Below, in pieces: positions 63,884 to 64,000 of a DNA stretch of 64,000 bases. The stretch spans positions 573,728 to 637,727 of the forward strand of contig JADKAN010000001.1 of the NCBI GenBank assembly GCA_016719225.1. The letters run 5' to 3'. A program made the translations under genes and the position numbers. The notes beneath the pieces are model-generated. The model ran no database searches. It saw only the letters and a program-made list of their open reading frames with translations, and was not told the origin of the DNA. Position 1 is the first letter of the stretch. Every line of letters begins with the position of its first letter. Origin of the DNA: Flavobacteriales bacterium (GTDB taxonomy: Bacteria > Bacteroidota > Bacteroidia > Flavobacteriales_F > PHOS-HE28).

Positions 63884-64000
63884 GCCGCGATGATGCTTGT
63901 GTAGAACGCCACCAGGTCGTTGATGGCTTTTGCAGTGGAATGCCGTTCTGCGACCAGGAAACGGGCATTGTTACCTATCCGTGCCGCGGTCCCAGGCTCC
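63880..64000 (-). CDS. 3' end of an unidentified gene (partial, continues beyond the window)
   Basis: In-frame C-terminus ...[28 protein letters not shown], with its stop overlapping (ATGA) the start of the GT4 gene. Partial, so no family assignment. Confidence 0.4.
   Translation of the reverse strand, partial: EPGTAARIGNNARFLVAERHSTAKAINDLVAFYTSIIAA

Noticed and set aside
63762-63968. A 68-aa ORF at the window edge.
   Set aside because: It is in a different frame from the partial gene whose stop overlaps the GT4 start in the ATGA arrangement, and the latter is preferred.

Overview
This is a roughly 64 kb chromosomal segment from a high-GC (about 60%) Bacteroidota-type genome. Phylum markers are a gyrA-TPR gene pair, DUF4369-TlpA, several substrates carrying type-9-secretion (T9SS) C-terminal sorting domains, and a serC-serA operon. 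About 50 protein genes and one tRNA-Thr(CGT) are supportable, and most are housekeeping: clpC, gyrA, ppsA, serC/serA, prfC, rpmB, cinA, ribBA, parAB, selD/selU and rocD. No integrase, transposase, CRISPR array or recognisable defence module is visible.

The stretches that look accessory or are least understood are:
(i) a 1375-aa secreted protein built from a carboxypeptidase-regulatory-like N-domain, about 15 degenerate TPR-like repeats with the motif '(E)KYPxDQLAAI', and a Gln-rich coiled-coil tail. It contains a near-perfect internal ~285-bp tandem duplication;
(ii) two tandem paralogous T9SS-sorted PQQ-type sugar dehydrogenases, with a third family member nearby;
(iii) a selD(Cys)-selU selenouridine operon;
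(iv) a serC-serA-DUF1015-yggS operon;
(v) an island at 11.9-14.4 kb of small or unknown genes, including a hypothetical protein with protein-kinase-like catalytic motifs;
(vi) a GNAT gene followed by a terminator-delimited 58-codon gene;
(vii) a disrupted membrane-protein gene.

Because of the GC content, many long ORFs on the opposite strand of real genes are treated as artefacts. All calls rest on motif and pattern recognition in the translated ORFs; no database search was run.
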